DNA of 38,564 bases from a virus. Both the position numbers and the translations under genes were made by a program. Numbering within the stretch: position 1 is the stretch's first letter; each line of letters opens with the position of its first letter. Location of the stretch: positions 1 through 38,564 of the IMG/VR virus record IMGVR_UViG_3300032038_000266. One strand, written 5' to 3'. This document shows, piece after piece, positions 1 through 6,023 of the stretch. Below the pieces are notes generated by a model that was not told where the DNA came from, searched no databases, and saw only the letters and a list, made by a program, of their open reading frames with translations.

Positions 1-127
1 TCCTCTGCGGCTTTCTCCGCCGCGCTCTTCTTTTGCTTACATCCGACAATCGCGATGCACGCGATGACGAGAATTGTCAATGCTCTTTTCATAGTGCTAT
101 GCTTTTGAGAGTGATTCAATGATCGAG
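1..127. repeat. Terminal overlap identical to 38438..38564 (circular-assembly overlap)
   Basis: Read directly: tcctctgcggctttctcc...gtgattcaatgatcgag occurs at both contig ends. It duplicates the 5' end of the minus-strand lipoprotein gene (ATG at 92..90 here, 38529..38527 at the other end). Confidence 0.95.
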
Positions 128-444
128 AGCAGCCTATCTATCTGCTCATCTTTCTTGGCAAGGAGCTGGACGAATCTTTCACTGTTCACATTATTCCGAT
201 TGCCGGCTACTGCCGTGCTTCCGTCTCCGGACGCGCTCGCCGTACATCCGGACGAGTCCACTCCGTAGAAGAACGGCACATCTTTGCCGATGATTGCCGC
301 AATGTCTTCAAGAAGTCCAGTTCTGATGTCATCTTTTGACAGTGCTGCTGATAAATTTTGTTGTGATATTCCGAGAATCCGCGCACAATGAGCTACGGAA
401 ACTCCATTTTCTTGCAAAATTTTTTTGACTTGTAAACCTTTCAT
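97..444 (-). CDS. XRE/Cro-CI-type HTH transcriptional regulator (candidate switch protein)
   Basis: ORF track 97..504. Start taken at internal ATG 444, giving MKGLQVKKILQENGVSVAHCARILGISQQNLSAAL (N-terminal HTH) and a C-terminal helical ERFVQLLAKKDEQIDRLLSIIESL. It is the first gene of the leftward operon, divergent from the early rightward genes. Confidence 0.7.
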   Translation of the reverse strand: MKGLQVKKILQENGVSVAHCARILGISQQNLSAALSKDDIRTGLLEDIAAIIGKDVPFFYGVDSSGCTASASGDGSTAVAGNRNNVNSERFVQLLAKKDEQIDRLLSIIESLSKA

Positions 445-619
445 AATTAGGCATTTAGTTAAAATCTCAGTTTGTTGGAACAAAAATACTTTGAAAAAAA
501 TCAAAGAAAAATTTGTAGAAACAAAAATTTGTTGTACCTTTGCTTCCGTAGTTCAGTATTGAACGCGGAACAAAGATACAAAATTAAACTGAAAAGTAAA
601 CAATTTAACAGCAAAAGCA
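445..619. promoter_or_regulatory. Divergent early control region with Bacteroidota-type promoters and dyad operators
   Basis: Rightward: TTTG at 512-515, 19-nt spacer, TACCTTTG at 535-542. Leftward: TATTTTTG is the reverse complement of 481-488. Dyads TTTGTT-GG-AACAAA (471-484) and AACAAA-AA-TTTGTT (520-533) each overlap one promoter. An extra AACAAA half-site lies at 569-574. Confidence 0.6.
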
Positions 620-949
620 ATGGAAAAGTTCTATCAGCTCACTCGCACAAACTGGCATCATTCGGACGAGAAAGATTTGTACTATCACAAGACTTTCAAC
701 TTTGCCACTCTCAAGGAAGCTCTTCAGAATCTGCTCGTGTGGGCGGACAAGGATGCCGAAGGGCGCAATCACGAAAACGGAGACGAATACATTGATTCCT
801 TCGGCGAGACTCGCCAGCAGTTCATCTATCAGGATGTCCGAGACGGAGCTGCTATCATCGAAATCCGCAAGCACAAGTGGACTGCCGAGAACGGTCTCGT
901 GAAAGACGAGCAAATCTGCCGCATCACTGTCACTGAAATTGTCTTCTGA
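620..949 (+). CDS. Hypothetical early protein (109 aa)
   Basis: ATG in GCAATGG context just downstream of the rightward promoter. No recognisable motif. Confidence 0.65.
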   Translation: MEKFYQLTRTNWHHSDEKDLYYHKTFNFATLKEALQNLLVWADKDAEGRNHENGDEYIDSFGETRQQFIYQDVRDGAAIIEIRKHKWTAENGLVKDEQICRITVTEIVF

Positions 950-950
950 T

Positions 951-1205
951 ATGGAACGCACACTCATCACTGAAGAACTCGTCAATGCTCGCGGCTTCGT
1001 CTGCGAGGATGCGGACAAGAGATTCCGGAAGCTGGTATGCCAGTGGAACAAGTTTCAGAAACTCACTCTCTTCTATGACCGTCTGACGGAACTTTGGACG
1101 CTCCAGTTTGCCTATAATGTCGAACACTCTCTCCGCTATATGGATCAGATAGACACAATCATCGCTCTTTGGAAAGATACATCAAAACTCAATAATCAGG
1201 AATAG
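951..1205 (+). CDS. Hypothetical early protein (84 aa)
   Basis: ORF track 939..1205 starts on TTG. The first ATG is at 951, directly after the upstream stop (947-949). Confidence 0.6.
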   Translation: MERTLITEELVNARGFVCEDADKRFRKLVCQWNKFQKLTLFYDRLTELWTLQFAYNVEHSLRYMDQIDTIIALWKDTSKLNNQE

Positions 1206-1207
1206 CT

Positions 1208-1711
1208 ATGGCAAGGACAAGACACACAAGAATCGAAAGCAGAGTGGCAGTGCAGCGCGTCCTTATGGATGTGTGGCAAGCCAAGAATGCCGGCAAGAAG
1301 TTCACGCTGGCGAATCTCTGCTCCAAGTACAACTGCGGCAACATCAACGGCGCAATCATCGCGGCAATGGACTTCAGCAAAGTCCCTGAGTACGCGGATG
1401 CAGTCGCTGTGCTGAAGGCAAACTCTGACTACAAGCGCAGCTGCAATGTAGGCACACGCAAGAGTGCGAAGCAAGCACTTGCAGACGCTCGCTCCGAGAG
1501 CGACATCCAGGCGGACGAGAGAGCAATCGCGGAGAAACTCTTCGGACAAGGGCATCGCGAGAACGAGAGCCAGCCTGGAAAGAAGTCTCCAGATCTCTCC
1601 GGACTCGATCTCCAGCCGGATCCGTCTTCGCTCTTTCCGGAGCAGTCGCTCATTCCGAAGGCAATCGCAATCTGCCAGCGCGCTGGCTACATCGTGAGCC
1701 GTCCGCTTTAA
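1208..1711 (+). CDS. Hypothetical early protein (167 aa)
   Basis: CTATGGCA start context, 2 nt after the previous stop. No recognisable motif. Confidence 0.65.
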   Translation: MARTRHTRIESRVAVQRVLMDVWQAKNAGKKFTLANLCSKYNCGNINGAIIAAMDFSKVPEYADAVAVLKANSDYKRSCNVGTRKSAKQALADARSESDIQADERAIAEKLFGQGHRENESQPGKKSPDLSGLDLQPDPSSLFPEQSLIPKAIAICQRAGYIVSRPL

Positions 1712-1740
1712 TTATCCACAAAATCGCTTATATCATAAAC
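1712..1740. promoter_or_regulatory. Perfect DnaA-box nonamer (TTATCCACA, 1712-1720) followed by a copy of the 15-bp dyad motif (GCTTATatcATAAAC, 1726-1740)
   Basis: Read directly in the 38-nt gap between ORFs 1208..1711 and 1750..1956. Confidence 0.4.
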
Positions 1741-1749
1741 ATTTTCACT

Positions 1750-1956
1750 ATGGCAAAAGCACAATTCAAGACTCCTTATCAGGAGAAGAAGGAAGCAAAA
1801 GAACTCCAGATCTACAACGATTATCAGAAAGCAACTGCGGATCCGTCCGCAAGCCGCACGGCAGTCAGAGACTATCTGATGCAGAAGTACAACATCGGCT
1901 CTACGGCTACATTCTACGCAATACTGGAACGGACTGAGAAGCGGCTGGCTCTATGA
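1750..1956 (+). CDS. Hypothetical protein (68 aa)
   Basis: CTATGGCA start context. No motif. Confidence 0.6.
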   Translation: MAKAQFKTPYQEKKEAKELQIYNDYQKATADPSASRTAVRDYLMQKYNIGSTATFYAILERTEKRLAL

Positions 1957-2108
1957 AGACGCTTATGACAATCGAAGAAGCGCGCGAGTTCTTCCGCAGC
2001 AAGAGAGAGCTGATTCTCTCCAACGGCATTCCGGAAGACAGCACAATCGCTCTCGCTTATCAAATCGCAATCGAAGCAATAGACTATGTCATCAGAAAAG
2101 AAAAGTAA
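1953..2108 (+). CDS. Small hypothetical protein (51 aa, below the ORF-track cutoff)
   Basis: ATGA stop/start overlap with the upstream gene. Translation: MKTLMTIEEAREFFRSKRELILSNGIPEDSTIALAYQIAIEAIDYVIRKEK. Confidence 0.4.
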   Translation: MKTLMTIEEAREFFRSKRELILSNGIPEDSTIALAYQIAIEAIDYVIRKEK

Positions 2109-2121
2109 ACGGACTAAAGCA

Positions 2122-2361
2122 ATGGAACGAATCATCTACGCAATCTCTCTACGCACTGTCTCCGGCTTCGTGCTTGGAATGGTCTCTCTCTACGGATGTC
2201 TCGCCAGCTGTGCCGGCGGAGACGAGTACGGCATCATCGCTCTTCTCGGACTGTGCGTCTCTCTGCTTATCGGCTGCGGCGCGTTCCGTCTCATCATCAA
2301 GGGACTGCTCCGCCGTGAGCCGCTCGCCAGGAAGTTCTATCATCTCTACTCTTCAAAATAG
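2122..2361 (+). CDS. Small membrane protein (two predicted TM helices)
   Basis: ORF track 2086..2361. The internal ATG 2122 has the recurrent GCAATGG context. Hydrophobic runs: VSGFVLGMVSLYGCLASCAG and IIALLGLCVSLLIGCGAF. Confidence 0.55.
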   Translation: MERIIYAISLRTVSGFVLGMVSLYGCLASCAGGDEYGIIALLGLCVSLLIGCGAFRLIIKGLLRREPLARKFYHLYSSK

Positions 2362-2369
2362 ACTGCGCT

Positions 2370-2705
2370 ATGTGTGAACTTTGTCACGGTATCAATTCGC
2401 ATCTATGTCCGAACTGCGGCTCTCGCAACGAAGTGGAATGTCCGGACTGTCACGGCGAGTGCTGGCTCTACGAAGCATTCAACATCGAATCTCGCACTAC
2501 ATTCCGCGTCTCGGCAGAAGAGTATGACGGACTGCCGGACAACGAGGAAGATGCAGCCAAGCAGTGCCGCCGTCTCTGCAAAGGAGACATTCAGAGATGT
2601 CCCACTTGTGACGGAAGCGGCTTCGTGGATGACGATCCGGCGGATCACTTTGACGAGCTGGCTGCTGAAGAACGCTACTATGAACGCAAATACGGAAAGC
2701 GATGA
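2370..2705 (+). CDS. Cysteine-rich zinc-finger protein (DnaJ-type CxxCxGxG motifs)
   Basis: CELCHG, CPNCGS, CPDCHGEC and CPTCDGSG motifs. Confidence 0.6.
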   Translation: MCELCHGINSHLCPNCGSRNEVECPDCHGECWLYEAFNIESRTTFRVSAEEYDGLPDNEEDAAKQCRRLCKGDIQRCPTCDGSGFVDDDPADHFDELAAEERYYERKYGKR

Positions 2706-2944
2706 AGACAATCAACATTCCTGACGATCTGATGACGCTGGCGGATGTGGCGGCGATGACGGCTCTCTCTCAGGACTATCTCTATCACATCTACAAGACG
2801 CAGATTCCGCACTATATGTTCGGCACGACTCCGCGCTTCTCCAAGAAGGAAGTGATCGAGTGGATCCAGTCGAAGCGAGTCTACACGAAGAAGGAGACTG
2901 TCGCTCGCGCTCATTCGTACTGCGTGACCGGAAGACATCAATGA
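2702..2944 (+). CDS. MerR/excisionase-like HTH DNA-binding protein (candidate Xis)
   Basis: LMTLADVAAMTALSQDYLYHIYKTQIPHYMFGTTPRFSKKEVIEWI resembles the HTH_17/AlpA-excisionase fold. ATGA overlap with the upstream gene. Confidence 0.55.
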   Translation: MKTINIPDDLMTLADVAAMTALSQDYLYHIYKTQIPHYMFGTTPRFSKKEVIEWIQSKRVYTKKETVARAHSYCVTGRHQ

Positions 2945-3038
2945 CACTTACGGCGGACGCTTGCAAGTTCACGGAGAACTGAGGGCGGCGCGAGTGATAC
3001 CTTTCACGAATAGATATTGATACGGCTCGCAGTCCGCG

Positions 3039-3063
3039 TGGAGTTCGACTCTCCAGTCCGCTA
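3039..3063 (+). other. tRNA 3'-end-like segment (T-arm plus 3' acceptor strand), not a complete tRNA
   Basis: tggag-TTCGACT-ctcca forms a 5-bp T-stem with a canonical TTCGA-type T-loop, followed by gtccgct + a. A perfectly complementary 5' strand (ggcggac, 2952-2958) exists, but it makes a 112-nt unit with no D or anticodon arm. Confidence 0.4.
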
Positions 3064-3115
3064 CAAATACCAACGCTCGAAGGTGTAAGAGAGCAATAAA
3101 ACTACACAATCAATT

Positions 3116-4033
3116 ATGGCTTATCAAAGCAAAGAAGTGAAAACTTCCAATCTCGCAGAGTTCAATGTGGCTCTGCGCTCGCAGAAGACTCAAGCAATGG
3201 TCTTGACATCTCTTCGCGGCAAGGCGGACGAGTATTTCCGCAACATCGCTTCCGCAGTGGCGAACTCCGCCGATTTGCAGAAGTGTGATCCAGTAACGCT
3301 CATCTGCGGCGGACTCCAGGCTGCGCAGCTCCAGCTTCCTCTCGGAAGCGGACTCGGCTTCGCGTATCTGATTCCCTTCAAGAACACGAAGAAAGGGATC
3401 TACGAAGCGCAGTTCCAGCTCGGCTATAAAGGACTCGTCCAGCTGGCAATCCGTTCCGGACTCTTCGCCGAAATCAACTGCGGCGAAGTGTACGAAGGCG
3501 AACTCTCCGACTTCAATCGCATCGCCGGCACATTCAAGCTGGACGGCAAGAAGGAGAGTGACAAAATCATCGGCTACTTCGCTTACTTCCGTCTGAACAA
3601 CGGAGACACTCCGGAGAAGTGCTTCTCGAAGTCTCTCTATATGTCCGCCGAAGAAGTGGAGAAGCACGCGAAACGCTACTCGCAGACATACTCCAGCCAG
3701 TATGACTCCACGCGCGCCGCATCCAAGTGGACAACGGACTTTGAAGCAATGGCAAAGAAGACCGTCCTCAAGCTCTTACTCTCTCGCTACGCTCCTATGT
3801 CCGTGGAGATCCAGCAAGCTGTCTCTTCAGATCAGGCAATCATCCGCGAAGACGGAGTGCTTGACTATGTGGACAACACAGCTCCGGAAGAGCAAGTCCA
3901 GGAAGAGAGCGCAGACGCTGCCGCCGCAATCCGTGGCGCAGCCGAGAACAAAGTCGCAGCCGCCGTGGAAGCATCTGATGCTGCTGTGGAGAAAGCGGAC
4001 AAAGACACTGGTGAAATCTTTAATCAGCAATAG
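3116..4033 (+). CDS. recT: RecT-family single-strand annealing protein
   Basis: GSGLGFAYLIPF and QFQLGYKGLVQLAIRSG motifs typical of RecT. Paired with a downstream YqaJ exonuclease. Confidence 0.85.
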   Translation: MAYQSKEVKTSNLAEFNVALRSQKTQAMVLTSLRGKADEYFRNIASAVANSADLQKCDPVTLICGGLQAAQLQLPLGSGLGFAYLIPFKNTKKGIYEAQFQLGYKGLVQLAIRSGLFAEINCGEVYEGELSDFNRIAGTFKLDGKKESDKIIGYFAYFRLNNGDTPEKCFSKSLYMSAEEVEKHAKRYSQTYSSQYDSTRAASKWTTDFEAMAKKTVLKLLLSRYAPMSVEIQQAVSSDQAIIREDGVLDYVDNTAPEEQVQEESADAAAAIRGAAENKVAAAVEASDAAVEKADKDTGEIFNQQ

Positions 4034-4035
4034 AT

Positions 4036-4503
4036 ATGGAAATTCTCATCGTAGATCCTATCTCTCTCGTGAATGTTCCGCTCCAGGAGTGGAAGGAGAG
4101 AGAGAATCCGCAGAGCGCGGATCTCATCGTCATCAAGACTGACGAGAAAGAACTTTACATCAGCAAGAACATTCTTCCAGGACGCTTCGACTTCAACGAT
4201 GCGCAGAAGGCAGCAGCCGCGTTCATTCCGGCTCGCTCTCCGAAGCTGGACTTCCGCTGTCCGACTCGCAAAGAGTGCATAGACATCTATGACGCTCGCT
4301 TCGCCGGACTGGATGAAGCAATCGAACTGCTCGGCGGAGAGAAAATCTCCGGTCACTGGTATTGGACTTCCGAAGCCGATCCGGATCCAGAGTACAACAG
4401 CAACAACGCGTTCTTCTTCTACGGCGGCTACGGCAGACTGGGCAGCATCTACAAGTACACCACAAACACTGTGCGTCCGGTCTCCGCTTTTCTGAATCGT
4501 TAA
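4036..4503 (+). CDS. Remote DGR target protein (155 aa, DUF1566/C-type-lectin-fold-like, VR2 at C-terminus)
   Basis: C-terminus ...GHWYWTSEADPDPEYNSNNAFFFYGGYGRLGSIYKYTTNTVRPVSAFLNR. Its last ~100 nt match TR with differences only at TR adenines. FRCPTRKECIDIY resembles the W-x-L-P-T/E-E-L motif of DUF1566. Start is 2 nt after the recT stop. Confidence 0.85.
   Translation: MEILIVDPISLVNVPLQEWKERENPQSADLIVIKTDEKELYISKNILPGRFDFNDAQKAAAAFIPARSPKLDFRCPTRKECIDIYDARFAGLDEAIELLGGEKISGHWYWTSEADPDPEYNSNNAFFFYGGYGRLGSIYKYTTNTVRPVSAFLNR
4390..4489 (+). repeat. DGR variable repeat 2 (VR2)
   Basis: Ungapped alignment to TR 32217..32316 gives 13 mismatches, all at TR adenines. Confidence 0.9.
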
Positions 4504-4514
4504 ACTGATTATCT

Positions 4515-4554
4515 ATTCCGCTCCGTGTTGCTCTACGGAGTCACGGAGCGGATT
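4515..4554 (+). promoter_or_regulatory. Hairpin 25 nt downstream of VR2 (candidate DGR target-recognition element / terminator)
   Basis: Arms attccgctccgtg / cacggagcggatt (13 nt, one internal mismatch), loop ttgctctacggagt. Same flanks and geometry as the hairpin after VR1. Confidence 0.6.
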
Positions 4555-4569
4555 CAAAAGACAAAGACT

Positions 4570-5532
4570 ATGGCAAATATCATCATTAGACCGAAGTCGC
4601 GCGAAGACTGGCTCAAGGAGCGCAGCACGCGCATCGGCGGCAGCGAAATCTCCGCTGTCGTGGGAATGAATCCGTTCGAGAGCGCATATTCATTGTGGCG
4701 CAGAAAGAAAGGACTGGATCCGGCGAAGACTGAGAACTTCGCTATGAAAGCCGGACACTATCTCGAAGACGCAGTGGCGCAGTTCTATCAGGACGCTTCC
4801 GGACGCTCTATCATCAAGCGCAGCGCAATTGACTGGCTGTATGTCAATCGCGAGAAGCCGTTCTTGTCCGGCAGTCCGGATCGCACATTTTGGCTCTCCG
4901 GCAACAAGGCGGACGGCAAAGGCGTACTGGAATGCAAGACAACGCAGAAGCCGATTGACGCAGAGGATCTGCCGCGCCACTGGTTTATCCAGGTGCAGTG
5001 GAATCTCGGACTGGCGGAGATGCCGCTCGGCTCTCTCGCTTGGCTCACTCAGGGCAGAGAGTTCGGCTACAAGGACATCGCGTTCGTTCCGGACTTCTAC
5101 GGCTGGCTCGTGGAAGAAGGGGAGAAGTTCTATCGCGACTGCATCATCGGAGACCGTGAGCCGGAAGCTCGCTGCGTGGCGGACATCCTGACGAAGTTCT
5201 CCAGGAGCGCAGCAGAGACTCGCGCTCTTGAGGAAGTCTTCTCCGGAGAGCCGGACAAAGCCGAGAGCATCGCGCTCGCTTGCTCGGAGTATAAGGAAAT
5301 CAAAGACCAGATCTCCGCGCTGGAAGAGAAGAAAGACGAGCTGGAAGAGCGCATCAAGATGTGCTTCGGAGAAGCTGAAGCAATCTCTTACGGCGGACTG
5401 ACTCTCGCCACTTGGAAGAGTGCGAAAGACTCGGAGAAGTTTGACGCGAAAGCATTCGCGAAGGACAATCCGGATCTCGCGGCTCAGTACACGAAGTCCG
5501 TTTCAGGCTCCAGGCGTTTTCTTGTCAAATAG
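4570..5532 (+). CDS. YqaJ-like viral recombinase-domain exonuclease (lambda Exo-type PD-(D/E)XK)
   Basis: RSTRIGGSEISAVVGMNPFESAYSLWRRKKG and GSPDRTF...LECKTT motifs. ORF track 4525 starts on GTG inside the hairpin. ATG 4570 has the CTATGGCA context. Confidence 0.85.
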   Translation: MANIIIRPKSREDWLKERSTRIGGSEISAVVGMNPFESAYSLWRRKKGLDPAKTENFAMKAGHYLEDAVAQFYQDASGRSIIKRSAIDWLYVNREKPFLSGSPDRTFWLSGNKADGKGVLECKTTQKPIDAEDLPRHWFIQVQWNLGLAEMPLGSLAWLTQGREFGYKDIAFVPDFYGWLVEEGEKFYRDCIIGDREPEARCVADILTKFSRSAAETRALEEVFSGEPDKAESIALACSEYKEIKDQISALEEKKDELEERIKMCFGEAEAISYGGLTLATWKSAKDSEKFDAKAFAKDNPDLAAQYTKSVSGSRRFLVK

Positions 5533-5540
5533 TGTGCGCT

Positions 5541-5798
5541 ATGGGAATACTATTGGGAAATCTCACAGTTCAAGACTTCGAGCAGCGTCTCGGAATCAAG
5601 TTCTCGGACGAAGACCGGAACGCGCTGAAGGAAATGCGCCAAGAGGAAGCGAGCAATCTCCAGCCAGGCAAGATTCACATCTTCGATCTTCCTTTCACTG
5701 TCGCTTGCGGAGACTCCGCCACGCAGAAGAAAGTGCTGGATATACTCTACAAGTTCGACACGAGCAAGTTTCCGCCGCTCTCTATCGGAGTCAAATAA
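5541..5798 (+). CDS. Hypothetical protein (85 aa)
   Basis: ORF track 5532 (GTG). First ATG at 5541 in CTATGG context. Confidence 0.55.
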   Translation: MGILLGNLTVQDFEQRLGIKFSDEDRNALKEMRQEEASNLQPGKIHIFDLPFTVACGDSATQKKVLDILYKFDTSKFPPLSIGVK

Positions 5799-5827
5799 AC
5801 TGTTCAGTTAAAAAATTTGACTGAAAG

Positions 5828-5860
5828 GCGTACAATATAAGCAGAAAATTCATACATTTG
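5828..5860 (+). promoter_or_regulatory. Promoter: degenerate 15-bp dyad (gcgtacaatATAAGC) + 10 nt + -7 box TACATTTG
   Basis: Same ATAAGC-N10-TAnnTTTG arrangement as at 12118-12150. It sits in the 220-nt gap ahead of the replication genes. Confidence 0.55.
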
Positions 5861-5883
5861 CATATCCTTAAATTCACGGCACT

Positions 5884-6021
5884 ATGGCAAAGTCATCTAC
5901 AATCAGAGTTTCGCACTCTCAGAATGGACTCTCCGCGAGGAAGTCCGGCGTTTCTTCACGCAGCTCTTGCGTGTCTGCCGTGACGCTTAGGAGTTCTGAG
6001 AGTGAGAAACTTTTTGTTTGA
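5884..6021 (+). CDS. Possible small Ser-rich ORF (45 aa) or untranslated leader
   Basis: CTATGGCA start context immediately downstream of the promoter. Translation: MAKSSTIRVSHSQNGLSARKSGVSSRSSCVSAVTLRSSESEKLFV. Composition is unconvincing. Confidence 0.25.
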   Translation: MAKSSTIRVSHSQNGLSARKSGVSSRSSCVSAVTLRSSESEKLFV

Positions 6022-6023
6022 CT

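Noticed and set aside
1-127. Biological direct terminal repeats (DTR) of the phage
   Set aside because: A length of exactly 127 nt at both contig ends fits an assembler k-mer overlap on a circular or concatemeric template. The packaging strategy cannot be inferred from it.
2952-3063. A complete tRNA gene
   Set aside because: The acceptor stem and T-arm are convincing. However, the unit is 112 nt long, and I could not fold the intervening sequence into D or anticodon arms. I therefore treat it as a tRNA 3' fragment or mimic.
4525-4569. GTG start at 4525 for the YqaJ exonuclease, as in the ORF track
   Set aside because: This start lies inside the post-VR2 hairpin and adds a non-conserved MLLYGVTERIQKTKT leader. 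ATG 4570 has the recurrent CTATGGCA context.
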